From assembly GCA_035626235.1 (NCBI GenBank), contig DASPOB010000029.1, positions 17,096-49,095 on the forward strand: a stretch of 32,000 bases of DNA, written 5' to 3'. The DNA is from Nitrososphaerales archaeon. GTDB taxonomy: Archaea; Thermoproteota; Nitrososphaeria; Nitrososphaerales; Gagatemarchaeaceae. Of the stretch, positions 14,787 to 23,355 are shown piece after piece; within the stretch, counting starts at the first letter, position 1, and every line of letters begins with the position of its first letter. A model generated the notes under the pieces. It was not told where the DNA came from. It worked only from the letters and a program-made list of their open reading frames with translations, and ran no database searches. The translations under genes and the position numbers were made by a program.

Positions 14787-15326
14787 TTGAAGATATCGAT
14801 AAGGCGGGGGAGAAGGTCCGATACGGTGGCCTTCCTTGGTCTTCTGACGGCTCTCGCCAACTTCGAGAAGCTAGAGCCGCCGGATGAGCCATCGAGGCAC
14901 AGGCTGGTGGAGGACATCTTCGCCAGGAGGAGGCTGGGGCTGTTCGTCGCAACTGCGGGCGCCGATATCGTGGGTTACGCGCTGTACTTCTACTCTTACT
15001 CTTCCTTCTTGGCAAGGCCGACCCTTTACCTCGAGGACATCTTCGTCCCCGAGGACCACAGGGGCAGGGGGATTGGGTCCTCGCTCTTTCATCGCTGCCT
15101 GAAGGAAGCTGAGTCCAGCGGCTGCGGGAGGATGGAGTGGGCAGTGCTGACCTGGAACCTCGGCGCGATAGGGTTTTACGAGAAGGTCGGCGCAAGGAAG
15201 CTCGACGAGTGGCACGTGTACCGCCTCACCAGAGAACAGTTCGGGATTGCGGCGGAGGCTTTGCGGAAAACCCGCCACGCGAAGAAGCGCCCACGGTCCG
15301 AACCAGCCGGACATCATCGCACTTGA
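14787..15326 (+). CDS. GNAT-family N-acetyltransferase (SpeG/diamine acetyltransferase-like)
   Basis: 'KISIRRGRRSDTVAFLGLLTALANFEKL', 'IVGYALYFYSYSSF' and 'LYLEDIFVPEDHRGRGIGSSLF...FYEKVGA'. The 5' part of the 270-aa track ORF (14514-14786) overlaps the DUF47 gene antisense and has no GNAT similarity. TTG at 14787 is the first plausible start. Confidence 0.8.
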   Translation: MKISIRRGRRSDTVAFLGLLTALANFEKLEPPDEPSRHRLVEDIFARRRLGLFVATAGADIVGYALYFYSYSSFLARPTLYLEDIFVPEDHRGRGIGSSLFHRCLKEAESSGCGRMEWAVLTWNLGAIGFYEKVGARKLDEWHVYRLTREQFGIAAEALRKTRHAKKRPRSEPAGHHRT

Positions 15327-15408
15327 CGCCATCAGATGGGACCCGAATGGTCCCCAGACCCGGCAGGCGGACCTGTTGGAGAAGGGTCATCAGATACTCT
15401 AATGTTAT

Positions 15409-18084
15409 ATGGCCACTGCCACGGCCCCCAGCCGATTAGGATTGCCGCGCGTCATGCTCTTCGAGGAAGCGGTGGGGAAGGACAAGTTCCTCCTCGGAGG
15501 CAAGGGGTACGGACTGGTCGAAATGACCGCGATAGGACTCCCCGTGCCGCCGGGGTTCGTCGTCACCACCGACGCCTGTAAGGACTACTACCGGAACGGA
15601 GGAGTTCCCGCAGGGCTGTTCGAGGAGGTCAGGTCGAAGGTGAAGGCCATCGAGACAAAGACCGGCAGAGTCTTCGGAGGCGAAGAGAGCCCGCTGCTCT
15701 TCTCAGTCAGGTCGGGGGCGCCCTTCTCCATGCCCGGAATGATGGACACTGTTCTCAATCTCGGGCTCAACGACAGAATAGTGGGCAGGCTCTCCGCGGC
15801 TTCGGGGAACGCGCGTTTTGTCTACGACTCCTACCGGAGATTCATACAGATGTTTGGAAAAATCTCCATGGGAGCAAGGGGTGATAGCTTCGAGGCAATC
15901 CTGGAGGAACGCAAGAAAGAGACGGGGGCAAAGATGGACATAGACCTCCCTCCAGACGAACTCAGTGGAATCGTAGCAAGCTTCAAGGAGGTACTCAGGA
16001 GAGAGGCGGGGAAGGAGTTCCCGCAGGACCCGTATGTCCAACTCGAAATGGCTGTCGAGGCGGTGTTCAGGTCGTGGAACAACCCGAGGGCGAAGGAGTA
16101 CAGAAGATACTACAAGATCAGCGAGGCTCTCGGGACCGCCGTGAACGTCCAGACCATGGTGTTCGGCAACATGGGGCCAGACTCAGGGTCAGGTGTGGGA
16201 TTCACGAGGAACCCGTCCACCGGCGAGAGGAAGCTCTACGGAGAGTATCTAGCCAACGCCCAGGGCGAGGACGTGGTCGCGGGAACAAGGACCCCAGTGG
16301 GAATTGATAGCATGGACCCGCGCCTCAGGCAGGAGCTAGTGGCCGTTGCGGCGAAGCTCGAATCACACTTCAAGGACCTTCAGGACTTCGAGTTCACTGT
16401 GCAGAACGGAAAGCTCTGGCTTCTTCAGACAAGGAACGGGAAGAGAACCGCCCAGGCGGCGGTCAAGGTAGCCGTCGACATGGCAGACGAGGGGCTCATC
16501 AGTTTGGAGGAGTCTGTCACAAGGGTGGAGCCCGCCCAGCTCGACGCCCTCCTGCACAGGAGGCTCGACCCCCAGAAGGGCGACACCCCCCTCGCGAAGG
16601 GGCTAAACGCGTCCCCCGGGGCAGCGACCGGGGCCGTCGTCTTCGACACCGAGGAGGCGGCAAGAAAAGGAGACAGCGAGAAGATAATTCTCGTGAGGCC
16701 TGAGACGACTCCAGAGGACATCCGGGGCATAATCGCGGCGCAAGGGGTGCTGACCGTCAGGGGTGGGATGACTTCACATGCCGCAGTGGTCGCCAGGGGG
16801 ATGGGGAAGCCCGCGGTGGTCGGATGCAGCGAGATCGAGATCGCCCAGGACGGCAGGCATTTCGTGACCAAGAACGGCGAGTGGGTCTCGGCGGGTGACA
16901 TCGTCACCTTAGACGGGACCAGCGGCGCGGTATACAGGGGGGCGGTGAAGACCGTCGACCCCGTCCTGTCGCCTGAGTTCAGCGAGCTGCTCAGGAGAGC
17001 GGACAGGCTGAGGAAGCTCGAGGTCTGGGCGAACGCGGATGCCCCTGAGACTGCGTCGAAGGCCCGAGAGTTCGGGGCCCAGGGGGTCGGGCTCTGCAGG
17101 ACCGAGAGGATGTTCAACGCCCCCAACAGGCTGCCCATCGTGCGCGAGATGATCATGAGCTCGAACATGGAGGAGAGGAAGAAGCACCTGTACAGGCTCT
17201 TCCCGTTCCAGCTCGCGGACTTCAAGGGGATCTTCAGGGCGATGAGCGGGAGTCCCGTTGTCGTCCGCCTCCTCGACCTTCCGCTTCACGAATTCCTCCC
17301 TCCCGCGGAGGAGCTGCTCACTGAAATTCAAGCGATGAAGGAGAACAAATCGACTGATGCGGAGATTGCCGCCAAGAGGGCGGTCCTGGCCAGGGTTACG
17401 CAGTTGGCGGAGCACAACCCGATGATTGGGCACAGGGGGTGCAGGCTGGCGGTGACGTACCCGGAAATCTATGAAATGCAGACAAAGTCCATACTTCGAG
17501 CGGCGATTGAACTCCTCCGGGAGGAGGGAAGAACGGTCAAGGTGAAAATCATGCTGCCCCTGGTGGCGGAGGCAAAGGAGTTCAAACTACTAAGGGGGAC
17601 GGTGGATGAGGCGGCCGAGAGCGTGTTTCAGGAACTGGGAGCACGTCTTCCCTACGAGGTGGGGACGATGATAGAGACCCCGAGAGCCGCGCTGACCGCC
17701 GCAGAGATAGCGAAGTACTCCGACTTCTTCTCCTTCGGGACCAACGACCTCACTCAGACAACGTTCGGGTTCAGCAGGGACGACGTAGAAGCGAAGTTCA
17801 TACCAAGGTACATCGAAGTCGGGATTCTCGAGCAGAGCCCGTTCGACAGCATAGACGTACCGGGTGTGGGGAAGCTGGTAAAGATGGCGGTGCGGGATGG
17901 AAGGAGTGTCAAGCCATCCCTTGAAGTCGGGGTCTGCGGCGAGCACGGAGGCGACCCGAAGAGCATAGCCTTCTTTACCGAGGCGGGCCTCAACTACGTG
18001 AGCTGCTCTGCTTTCAGAGTGCCAATCGCAAGGCTGGCCGCAGCCCAGGCGGCGGTGGCGAAGAGCTCGGTTTCCACGCTGTGA
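15409..18084 (+). CDS. ppdK: Pyruvate, phosphate dikinase
   Basis: 'LGGKGYGLVEMTAIGLPVPPGFVVTTDAC' is the ATP-grasp region. 'GGMTSHAAVVARGMGKP' carries the phospho-His. 'FFSFGTNDLTQ' and 'VCGEHGGDP' are also present. An alternative in-frame ATG at 15454 is possible if TGTTATAT (15403-15410) is the TATA box. Confidence 0.95.
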   Translation: MATATAPSRLGLPRVMLFEEAVGKDKFLLGGKGYGLVEMTAIGLPVPPGFVVTTDACKDYYRNGGVPAGLFEEVRSKVKAIETKTGRVFGGEESPLLFSVRSGAPFSMPGMMDTVLNLGLNDRIVGRLSAASGNARFVYDSYRRFIQMFGKISMGARGDSFEAILEERKKETGAKMDIDLPPDELSGIVASFKEVLRREAGKEFPQDPYVQLEMAVEAVFRSWNNPRAKEYRRYYKISEALGTAVNVQTMVFGNMGPDSGSGVGFTRNPSTGERKLYGEYLANAQGEDVVAGTRTPVGIDSMDPRLRQELVAVAAKLESHFKDLQDFEFTVQNGKLWLLQTRNGKRTAQAAVKVAVDMADEGLISLEESVTRVEPAQLDALLHRRLDPQKGDTPLAKGLNASPGAATGAVVFDTEEAARKGDSEKIILVRPETTPEDIRGIIAAQGVLTVRGGMTSHAAVVARGMGKPAVVGCSEIEIAQDGRHFVTKNGEWVSAGDIVTLDGTSGAVYRGAVKTVDPVLSPEFSELLRRADRLRKLEVWANADAPETASKAREFGAQGVGLCRTERMFNAPNRLPIVREMIMSSNMEERKKHLYRLFPFQLADFKGIFRAMSGSPVVVRLLDLPLHEFLPPAEELLTEIQAMKENKSTDAEIAAKRAVLARVTQLAEHNPMIGHRGCRLAVTYPEIYEMQTKSILRAAIELLREEGRTVKVKIMLPLVAEAKEFKLLRGTVDEAAESVFQELGARLPYEVGTMIETPRAALTAAEIAKYSDFFSFGTNDLTQTTFGFSRDDVEAKFIPRYIEVGILEQSPFDSIDVPGVGKLVKMAVRDGRSVKPSLEVGVCGEHGGDPKSIAFFTEAGLNYVSCSAFRVPIARLAAAQAAVAKSSVSTL

Positions 18085-18172
18085 ATCGATGCCATTCCGG
18101 GTCGCCCAGGGGGGGTACGGAGGGAGCGCTCCTCTAATTCTTTACATGATTGTATGAATTTTTCACCGGGCT

Positions 18173-18880
18173 GTGTCGAAGCCCGTAATAGTGCCCGAGA
18201 AAATAGCAGACGGTAAGACCATGTCGGAGGCGCTTCTCGGCGTCGACCCCCAGGTGCACATCTTTTCGTCTACCAAATACAGGATCATGCAGCTGCTGAA
18301 GAGGCAGGACGGTACGGATTTGGAGAGCCTGAGCAAGGAGCTCATGGTATCCCAGATGGCGGTCTACAAGCACCTCAGGGAACTCGAGAAAGACGGCATG
18401 GTAGAACATGTCGCGCGGAAGAACGGCGTCGGGAGGCCCCGGATGTTCTTCAGGCCGACGTCAAAGTCGGCGGGGGTGTACCCGAAGGGATATGCTCAAC
18501 TATCCCTCATGGTCCTGGAGTACGTCCAAGACAGACTCGGAAAGGAGGGGGTGGAGGACGTCCTCAGCAAGCTGCAGGAAAGGGGAGTGGGGAGGTACGG
18601 GGAGAAGGTCGGGAGCGGAACCCTGCTCCAGAGGGTGAAGAGATTGGCGGCAGCGAGGGACGAAAGAGGCTTCTACGCTGGAACGACGTTGACAGACAAG
18701 GGCGCGATTGAGCTCGTGCAGCACAACTGCCCCGTCTCATGCTTCGCCTCGAAGTATCCTGCCCTTTGCGAGCAGGAGAGGGTGATGTTTGAAAGAGTCC
18801 TTGAAGCGAACGTTCAACTCGTGGACTCGGATCCGCTGGGCACCGAGCCCTGCAAGTTTGTCATTACCGCAGGCCAATGA
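18173..18880 (+). CDS. ArsR-type winged-helix regulator with a C-terminal Cys-rich sensing domain (SufR-like)
   Basis: The wHTH is 'YRIMQLLKRQDGTDLESLSKELMVSQMAVYKHLRELEKDGMVEHVARKNGVGRPRMFF'. The C-terminus is 'HNCPVSCFASKYPALCEQERVMFERVL...EPCKFVI' (C-x3-C-x8-C...C). This resembles the Fe-S-binding region of SufR as I recall it. GTG start at 18173; alternative ATG at 18221. Confidence 0.7.
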   Translation: MSKPVIVPEKIADGKTMSEALLGVDPQVHIFSSTKYRIMQLLKRQDGTDLESLSKELMVSQMAVYKHLRELEKDGMVEHVARKNGVGRPRMFFRPTSKSAGVYPKGYAQLSLMVLEYVQDRLGKEGVEDVLSKLQERGVGRYGEKVGSGTLLQRVKRLAAARDERGFYAGTTLTDKGAIELVQHNCPVSCFASKYPALCEQERVMFERVLEANVQLVDSDPLGTEPCKFVITAGQ

Positions 18881-18926
18881 AGCAAGCGAAGGCTCAGGGT
18901 CCCGCGAGCGGCCCCGGCCACCCTCT

Positions 18927-18944
18927 ATTTTCAGTTCTGAGAAT
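18927..18944. promoter_or_regulatory. 18-bp imperfect palindrome ATTTTCAG-TT-CTGAGAAT just upstream of the oxidoreductase promoter (candidate operator)
   Basis: Read directly; 7 of 8 positions are complementary between the arms. It ends 12 nt before the TATA box at 18957. Confidence 0.35.
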
Positions 18945-18956
18945 CCGCTACCGACG

Positions 18957-18963
18957 TTAAATA
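18957..18963 (+). promoter_or_regulatory. TATA box (TTAAATA) of the 2-oxoacid:ferredoxin oxidoreductase operon
   Basis: The centre is 31 nt upstream of the GTG at 18991. Confidence 0.5.
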
Positions 18964-18990
18964 GCTTCGGCTTTCGCGGAAAATCCGAGC

Positions 18991-19245
18991 GTGACCACAG
19001 TGACTGACGGGCTGCCGAAGGCCCTGGTAGTCGTAGACGCCGAGAGATGCAAGGGATGCAGCCTGTGCGTGGTCACCTGCCCCCAGAAGAGCATGTCGCT
19101 GGCGCCATCCTTTAACCGGAATGGCTTCCATCCTGCAGTATTCCACTATCACGGTGAAAGGGGGGACTGCACAGCGTGCGGGATCTGCTACTGGGTCTGC
19201 CCCGACTATGCCGTGGCAGAAGTGAGGAGCCTGAAGCGGAAATGA
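18991..19245 (+). CDS. 2-oxoacid:ferredoxin oxidoreductase delta subunit (2x[4Fe-4S] ferredoxin-type)
   Basis: It has two CxxCxxCxxxCP motifs: 'CKGCSLCVVTCP' and 'CTACGICYWVCP'. Confidence 0.88.
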   Translation: MTTVTDGLPKALVVVDAERCKGCSLCVVTCPQKSMSLAPSFNRNGFHPAVFHYHGERGDCTACGICYWVCPDYAVAEVRSLKRK

Positions 19246-20306
19246 CCAGACGGGACTTCGTGAAAGGAAACGAAGCGCTGGCGCTGGGTGCCCTGAAGTC
19301 TGGGCTAAACGCCTACTTCGCATACCCCATAACCCCCTCCAGCGAAATCCCGGAGACCCTCGCCCAGCAGTTCAAGAGCCCAGAGTATCCCGACTTCAAA
19401 GTCTTCCTGCAGTCGTCAAGCGAGCTTGAAGCAATCAACATGGTGATGGGGGCAGCTGCGACGGGCGCCAAGGCCATGACTGCGACGTCAGGGCCGGGGT
19501 TCAGTCTCAAACAGGAAGGACTCTCGTACGCCGCGAGCATGGAGATACCGTTCCTCGTGGCAGACATCAACAGGGGGGGCCCAGGGCTGGGGAATCTGGG
19601 ACCGGAGCAGAGCGACTACTTCCAGGCGACCAAGGGCGGCGGGCACGGGGGCTACAGGAACATCGTCCTGGCGCCCAACTCGGTGCAGGAGATGGCCACG
19701 TTCCCGGGCCTGGGATTCTCACTTGCGTTCAAGTACAGGAACCCGGCGATCATACTAGCAGACGCTTTCCTGGGTCAGTTGAAGGAGGACACTGCGTTTC
19801 CAGCAATAACCAAAGAGAAGTTCGACACGCCGTGGGCGACGACGGGGGCGCGGGGAGAGACAAGGCACGTCCTCGTCTCGCTCCACCTCGATTTCGACGA
19901 CCAGAGCAGGCACGTGGAGCACCTGCTGAAGAAGTATGAAGAGATGGCCCGCGAGGAGCAGCGCGCCGAGTTGTACCTTACTGATGACGCAGACGTCGTG
20001 ATGGTGGCATTCGGTATCGTCTCAAGGCTGTGCAAGCAGGCAGTCAACACCCTTAGGGCCAAGGGCGTGCGCGCGGGCATGCTCAGGCCGATAACCCTGT
20101 CGCCCTTCCCTTCCAGATTCGTCTCGGAACTTGCCTCCAAAGGAGTGAAGAGGTTCGTGGTGGTGGAGCTCAACACTGGGCAGATGGTGACCGACGTCAG
20201 GCTGGCGCTGGAGGACGGTGGAAGGACAGAGAGCCTGAACAGATGGGGAGGAATCCTCCCGTCGTCGGGAGAGATTGTGGCACAGGTGGAGATGGCTTCG
20301 GCATGA
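19242..20306 (+). CDS. 2-oxoacid:ferredoxin oxidoreductase alpha subunit
   Basis: 'VKGNEALALGALKSGLNAYFAYPITPSSEI' and 'GAAATGAKAMTATSGPGFSL'. The ATG at 19242 overlaps the delta stop (ATGA). The N-terminal 22 aa of the track ORF are rejected. Confidence 0.9.
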   Translation: MTRRDFVKGNEALALGALKSGLNAYFAYPITPSSEIPETLAQQFKSPEYPDFKVFLQSSSELEAINMVMGAAATGAKAMTATSGPGFSLKQEGLSYAASMEIPFLVADINRGGPGLGNLGPEQSDYFQATKGGGHGGYRNIVLAPNSVQEMATFPGLGFSLAFKYRNPAIILADAFLGQLKEDTAFPAITKEKFDTPWATTGARGETRHVLVSLHLDFDDQSRHVEHLLKKYEEMAREEQRAELYLTDDADVVMVAFGIVSRLCKQAVNTLRAKGVRAGMLRPITLSPFPSRFVSELASKGVKRFVVVELNTGQMVTDVRLALEDGGRTESLNRWGGILPSSGEIVAQVEMASA

Positions 20307-21115
20307 TGCCCGGGCAGGAAGAGAGCGCGAACGAATACGAGGTTCGGCTGGGGAAGCTGTCGGCCCTGACCTCGAAGCCGACGCACTACTGCTCAGGCTG
20401 CGAACATGGGATTCTGACGAAACTGATAGCGAACGCCATCGATGAGCTGGAGATCAGGGAGAAGAGCGTGGTCATCGATTCCGTCGGGTGCAGCGTATTC
20501 GCGCACGAGTACATCAATGTGGACGCGATTCAGGCGCCTCACGGGAGGGCACCCGCCGTCATGGCCGGAATAAAGAGGGTCAGGCCAGACCTGGTCGTCT
20601 TCGCGGTACAGGGGGACGGCGACGCTGTTGCCATAGGCCTCCAAGAACTCATCTACGCGGCCAGCAGGAACGAACCCATCACCATATTCTTGGTCAACAA
20701 CGCCATATACGGGATGACCGGTGGGCAGATGGCGCCAACGACCCCGGAGGGAATGGTCACAACTACGACCCCCGAGGGACGGGACACGGCATACACAGGC
20801 ACCGTCATCGACGCCTCGAAGATGCTGGCCGGCATGGACGGGCCGTCCTACGTCAAGAGGGTATTCCTCCCGGTCGCGCCCCTTAGGACGAGAGACCTGT
20901 ACAGCGCGGCAGGACCCCTGGAGGGGGCGAGGAGCGTCGTGAACGCGTTCAAGGTCCAGCTTGCCGGAGGGTTCTCGTTCGTCGAATTCGTGAGCACCTG
21001 CAGCATAAACTGGAAGATGTCGGTGCTCGACTCGAAGAAGTACGCGGCGGAGGTCCTGTCAAAAATCTATCCCCCCGGGCTGTACAAGGACAAGCTAGGG
21101 ATCGAGAGGAAATGA
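20303..21115 (+). CDS. 2-oxoacid:ferredoxin oxidoreductase beta subunit (TPP-binding)
   Basis: 'YCSGCEHGI', 'DSVGCSVF', and 'AVQGDGDAVAIGLQELIYAASRNEPITIFLVNNAIYGMTGGQ', the TPP motif. The ATG at 20303 overlaps the alpha stop (ATGA). Confidence 0.9.
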   Translation: MMPGQEESANEYEVRLGKLSALTSKPTHYCSGCEHGILTKLIANAIDELEIREKSVVIDSVGCSVFAHEYINVDAIQAPHGRAPAVMAGIKRVRPDLVVFAVQGDGDAVAIGLQELIYAASRNEPITIFLVNNAIYGMTGGQMAPTTPEGMVTTTTPEGRDTAYTGTVIDASKMLAGMDGPSYVKRVFLPVAPLRTRDLYSAAGPLEGARSVVNAFKVQLAGGFSFVEFVSTCSINWKMSVLDSKKYAAEVLSKIYPPGLYKDKLGIERK

Positions 21116-21723
21116 AGACCCAGGTGATAATGGCAGGGCACGGGGGCCAGGGGGTTCTCGACCTCGCCAACTTCGTCTCCTTCTACCACATGCTGAAGGG
21201 AATGCACGTGGCGTACACTCCCTCGTACGGGCCGGAGAGCCGCGGGGGCAAGGTAAAGTGCTATGTTGTAGTCTCTGACGAGGAGATCGACTCGCCCATA
21301 GTGGAAGAGCCCGACTGTCTCATAATAATGAACACGCCGTCGATGGACTTCGTTCCGATCCTGAAGAAGGGAGGGACCCTGCTGATGAACACTTCCCTCA
21401 TCAAGGACGAGCCTAAGCGTGACGACGTGAAGGCAGTCAAGGTCCCGGTCACGGACATCGCTGCTGGACTTTCAGAACTGAAGCTCGAAGGGGTGAAGGA
21501 CCCGACGATAGCGGCCAACAGCGCGATGTTCGGAGCCTATCTGGCCCTGGGCGAGAAGACCTTCGAGGATGTGAGCGACGCGGTCAACGAAGTATTCGCC
21601 CACTTCCTGACCGACCGCAAGAAGGTCTACATCCCGCTCAACCTGAACGCGGTGCAGCGCGGGTATTCGTACGTGAGCCAGGGGGGCAAGGGGCATCCTC
21701 AGGCCCAAGTCGTCACAAGTTGA
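21112..21723 (+). CDS. 2-oxoacid:ferredoxin oxidoreductase gamma subunit
   Basis: 'VIMAGHGGQGVLDLANF' and 'TPSYGPESRGGKVKCYVVVSDEEI'. The ATG overlaps the beta stop (ATGA). Confidence 0.9.
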   Translation: MKTQVIMAGHGGQGVLDLANFVSFYHMLKGMHVAYTPSYGPESRGGKVKCYVVVSDEEIDSPIVEEPDCLIIMNTPSMDFVPILKKGGTLLMNTSLIKDEPKRDDVKAVKVPVTDIAAGLSELKLEGVKDPTIAANSAMFGAYLALGEKTFEDVSDAVNEVFAHFLTDRKKVYIPLNLNAVQRGYSYVSQGGKGHPQAQVVTS

Positions 21724-21730
21724 AGCAACA

Positions 21731-23035
21731 TTGAGTGGAGTCGGCATGGCCAACGCCATGAACGAAAGCCTGTCCGAGAACCAGAGGGAAGTCTTTGGTG
21801 CCGCCGGCGAGGGCGGAGAGCCGAGACAAATCGGGATGGGTGCCGGGCCCGCGGCGCTGCTCGCGGTCCTGTTCGTAGGGTATCTTGCCTACGCGGCCGA
21901 CAGGCTCGTCTTCAACACTCTTCTCGCTCCCATCCAGAAGAGCCTCGGCCTCAACGGAGTTCAGGTGGGCCTTCTCGGAAGCGCGATTTACGTCGGAGTC
22001 CTGTGCACTGTGCTCCTAGCCGGCCACCTTTCGGACCGGTACGGGAGATGGAGGATCATCATTGCCGGCCTGGCCCTGTTTACGGCGTTCACCTGGCTGA
22101 TAGGCTTCTCCACGAGCTTCGAAGAAGCCTTGCTCTTTCGCCTAATCAGCGGCATGGGAGAAGGGCTCTTCTGGCCTGTAGCCATGGCAGCGGTGGCCGC
22201 TCGATACGGGGCGCGGAAGGGGCTCGCCCTTGGCGTCTTCTACACCGGATTCGACGTCGGCGGCATCATCGGCGCGGCGGTGACGGGGGCCGTCTTCTAC
22301 ATCGCGGCGGCGTGGCAGCCGGCTTTTTTCGTGGCACCGACCATAGGCCTCGTCGCGATAGCCGGAGTCCTCGCCGGTAGAAAGGGGCTCGAATGGTCCG
22401 GGAAAGATTCCTCCATGCTGGCTCTCGGCAGGGATGCTCTTGCCGTTCTCCGCAGGCGGGGGGTCGTCGTAATACTCGCGTTTGCGACATTCGCGACCTG
22501 GGCGACCGTGTGGCAGACGGTCTTTCTCGCCTACTACTACAGGAGCGTCCTCAACCTTCCAGTAGTATACAGCGCTCTGGCCTACATTCCTGTCCCGGCC
22601 GCAGGGATCGTAGGGAAAGTCCTGCTCGGAGGGCTATCTGACAGATGGAGGAGAGACAGGCTTCTGCTTCTTGCCTCCCTGGGAATGGTGGCATCATACG
22701 CGGTGTTCTTCGGCTCCTCTGACCTGGCGGTCGATGTCGCGGCATCGCTGTCCATGGGGTTCTTCAGTTCCGCTCTATTCCCCGTGATGCAGTCTCTGGC
22801 CACCGACCGTTCGGGAGGAAGGGTAGGCACCGCGCTGGGGCTCACCACGACGTTTCAGTCCGTTGCTACAATCCTTGCCCCCTTCACGACTGGCGCGATG
22901 TTCTTCATAGGGGTCGGGACAGCAGTAGCATTGGAAGCGATGGTCCCGGCCGTCCTCACGTTGGTATCCGCCGCTCTCCTCAAGGATCCCAGGCTGGAAG
23001 TCGGCCAGGCGCTCGAGGGCACCAAGGGTTTTTAG
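21731..23035 (+). CDS. MFS transporter (12 TM)
   Basis: The MFS loop motif 'GHLSDRYGRWRII' is repeated as 'GGLSDRWRRDRLL' in the second half, and the protein is hydrophobic throughout. TTG at 21731 is 8 nt after the gamma stop; alternative ATG at 21746. Confidence 0.85.
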   Translation: MSGVGMANAMNESLSENQREVFGAAGEGGEPRQIGMGAGPAALLAVLFVGYLAYAADRLVFNTLLAPIQKSLGLNGVQVGLLGSAIYVGVLCTVLLAGHLSDRYGRWRIIIAGLALFTAFTWLIGFSTSFEEALLFRLISGMGEGLFWPVAMAAVAARYGARKGLALGVFYTGFDVGGIIGAAVTGAVFYIAAAWQPAFFVAPTIGLVAIAGVLAGRKGLEWSGKDSSMLALGRDALAVLRRRGVVVILAFATFATWATVWQTVFLAYYYRSVLNLPVVYSALAYIPVPAAGIVGKVLLGGLSDRWRRDRLLLLASLGMVASYAVFFGSSDLAVDVAASLSMGFFSSALFPVMQSLATDRSGGRVGTALGLTTTFQSVATILAPFTTGAMFFIGVGTAVALEAMVPAVLTLVSAALLKDPRLEVGQALEGTKGF

Positions 23036-23059
23036 TGGAGAAGGAACGGAGGAACCCCG

Positions 23060-23317
23060 ATGTGCATCACGAAGGTCGGCAAGGTACTCTCGGCAGGCAA
23101 GGGCAGAGCCCAGGTCGAATTCTTCGGTGCCGGTGACTTGGGGGACGTCGACGTCTCGGTGGTCGGCGGGGTCACCGAAGGGGCTTTCGTCGAGGTGTTC
23201 GGAGATCTCGCGCTTTCCGTCCTCAGCCCTGCGGAAGCGAGGAGGAGGAAGGCGGTCTGGGATGAAGTGAGGAAGGCGGCGATGATGCCATCCCCGAGGA
23301 GGAGGGCACGGCCCTGA
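23060..23317 (+). CDS. hypC: [NiFe]-hydrogenase maturation chaperone HypC/HupF family
   Basis: It has the N-terminal 'MCITKVGKV' with the essential Cys2, and the OB-fold pattern '...AQVEFFG...VDVSVV..VTEGAFVEVFGDLALSVLSPAEA'. A GGAGG sequence lies 7 nt upstream of the ATG. Confidence 0.85.
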   Translation: MCITKVGKVLSAGKGRAQVEFFGAGDLGDVDVSVVGGVTEGAFVEVFGDLALSVLSPAEARRRKAVWDEVRKAAMMPSPRRRARP

Positions 23318-23355
23318 CCGAAGGCGGCATCCTGCTCCACGCGAAGCACGCATAC

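Noticed and set aside
19176-20302. N-terminal extensions of the alpha (19176-19241) and beta (20243-20302) subunit ORFs
   Set aside because: Internal ATGs form ATGA overlaps with the preceding stop codons, and the conserved subunit N-termini begin there.
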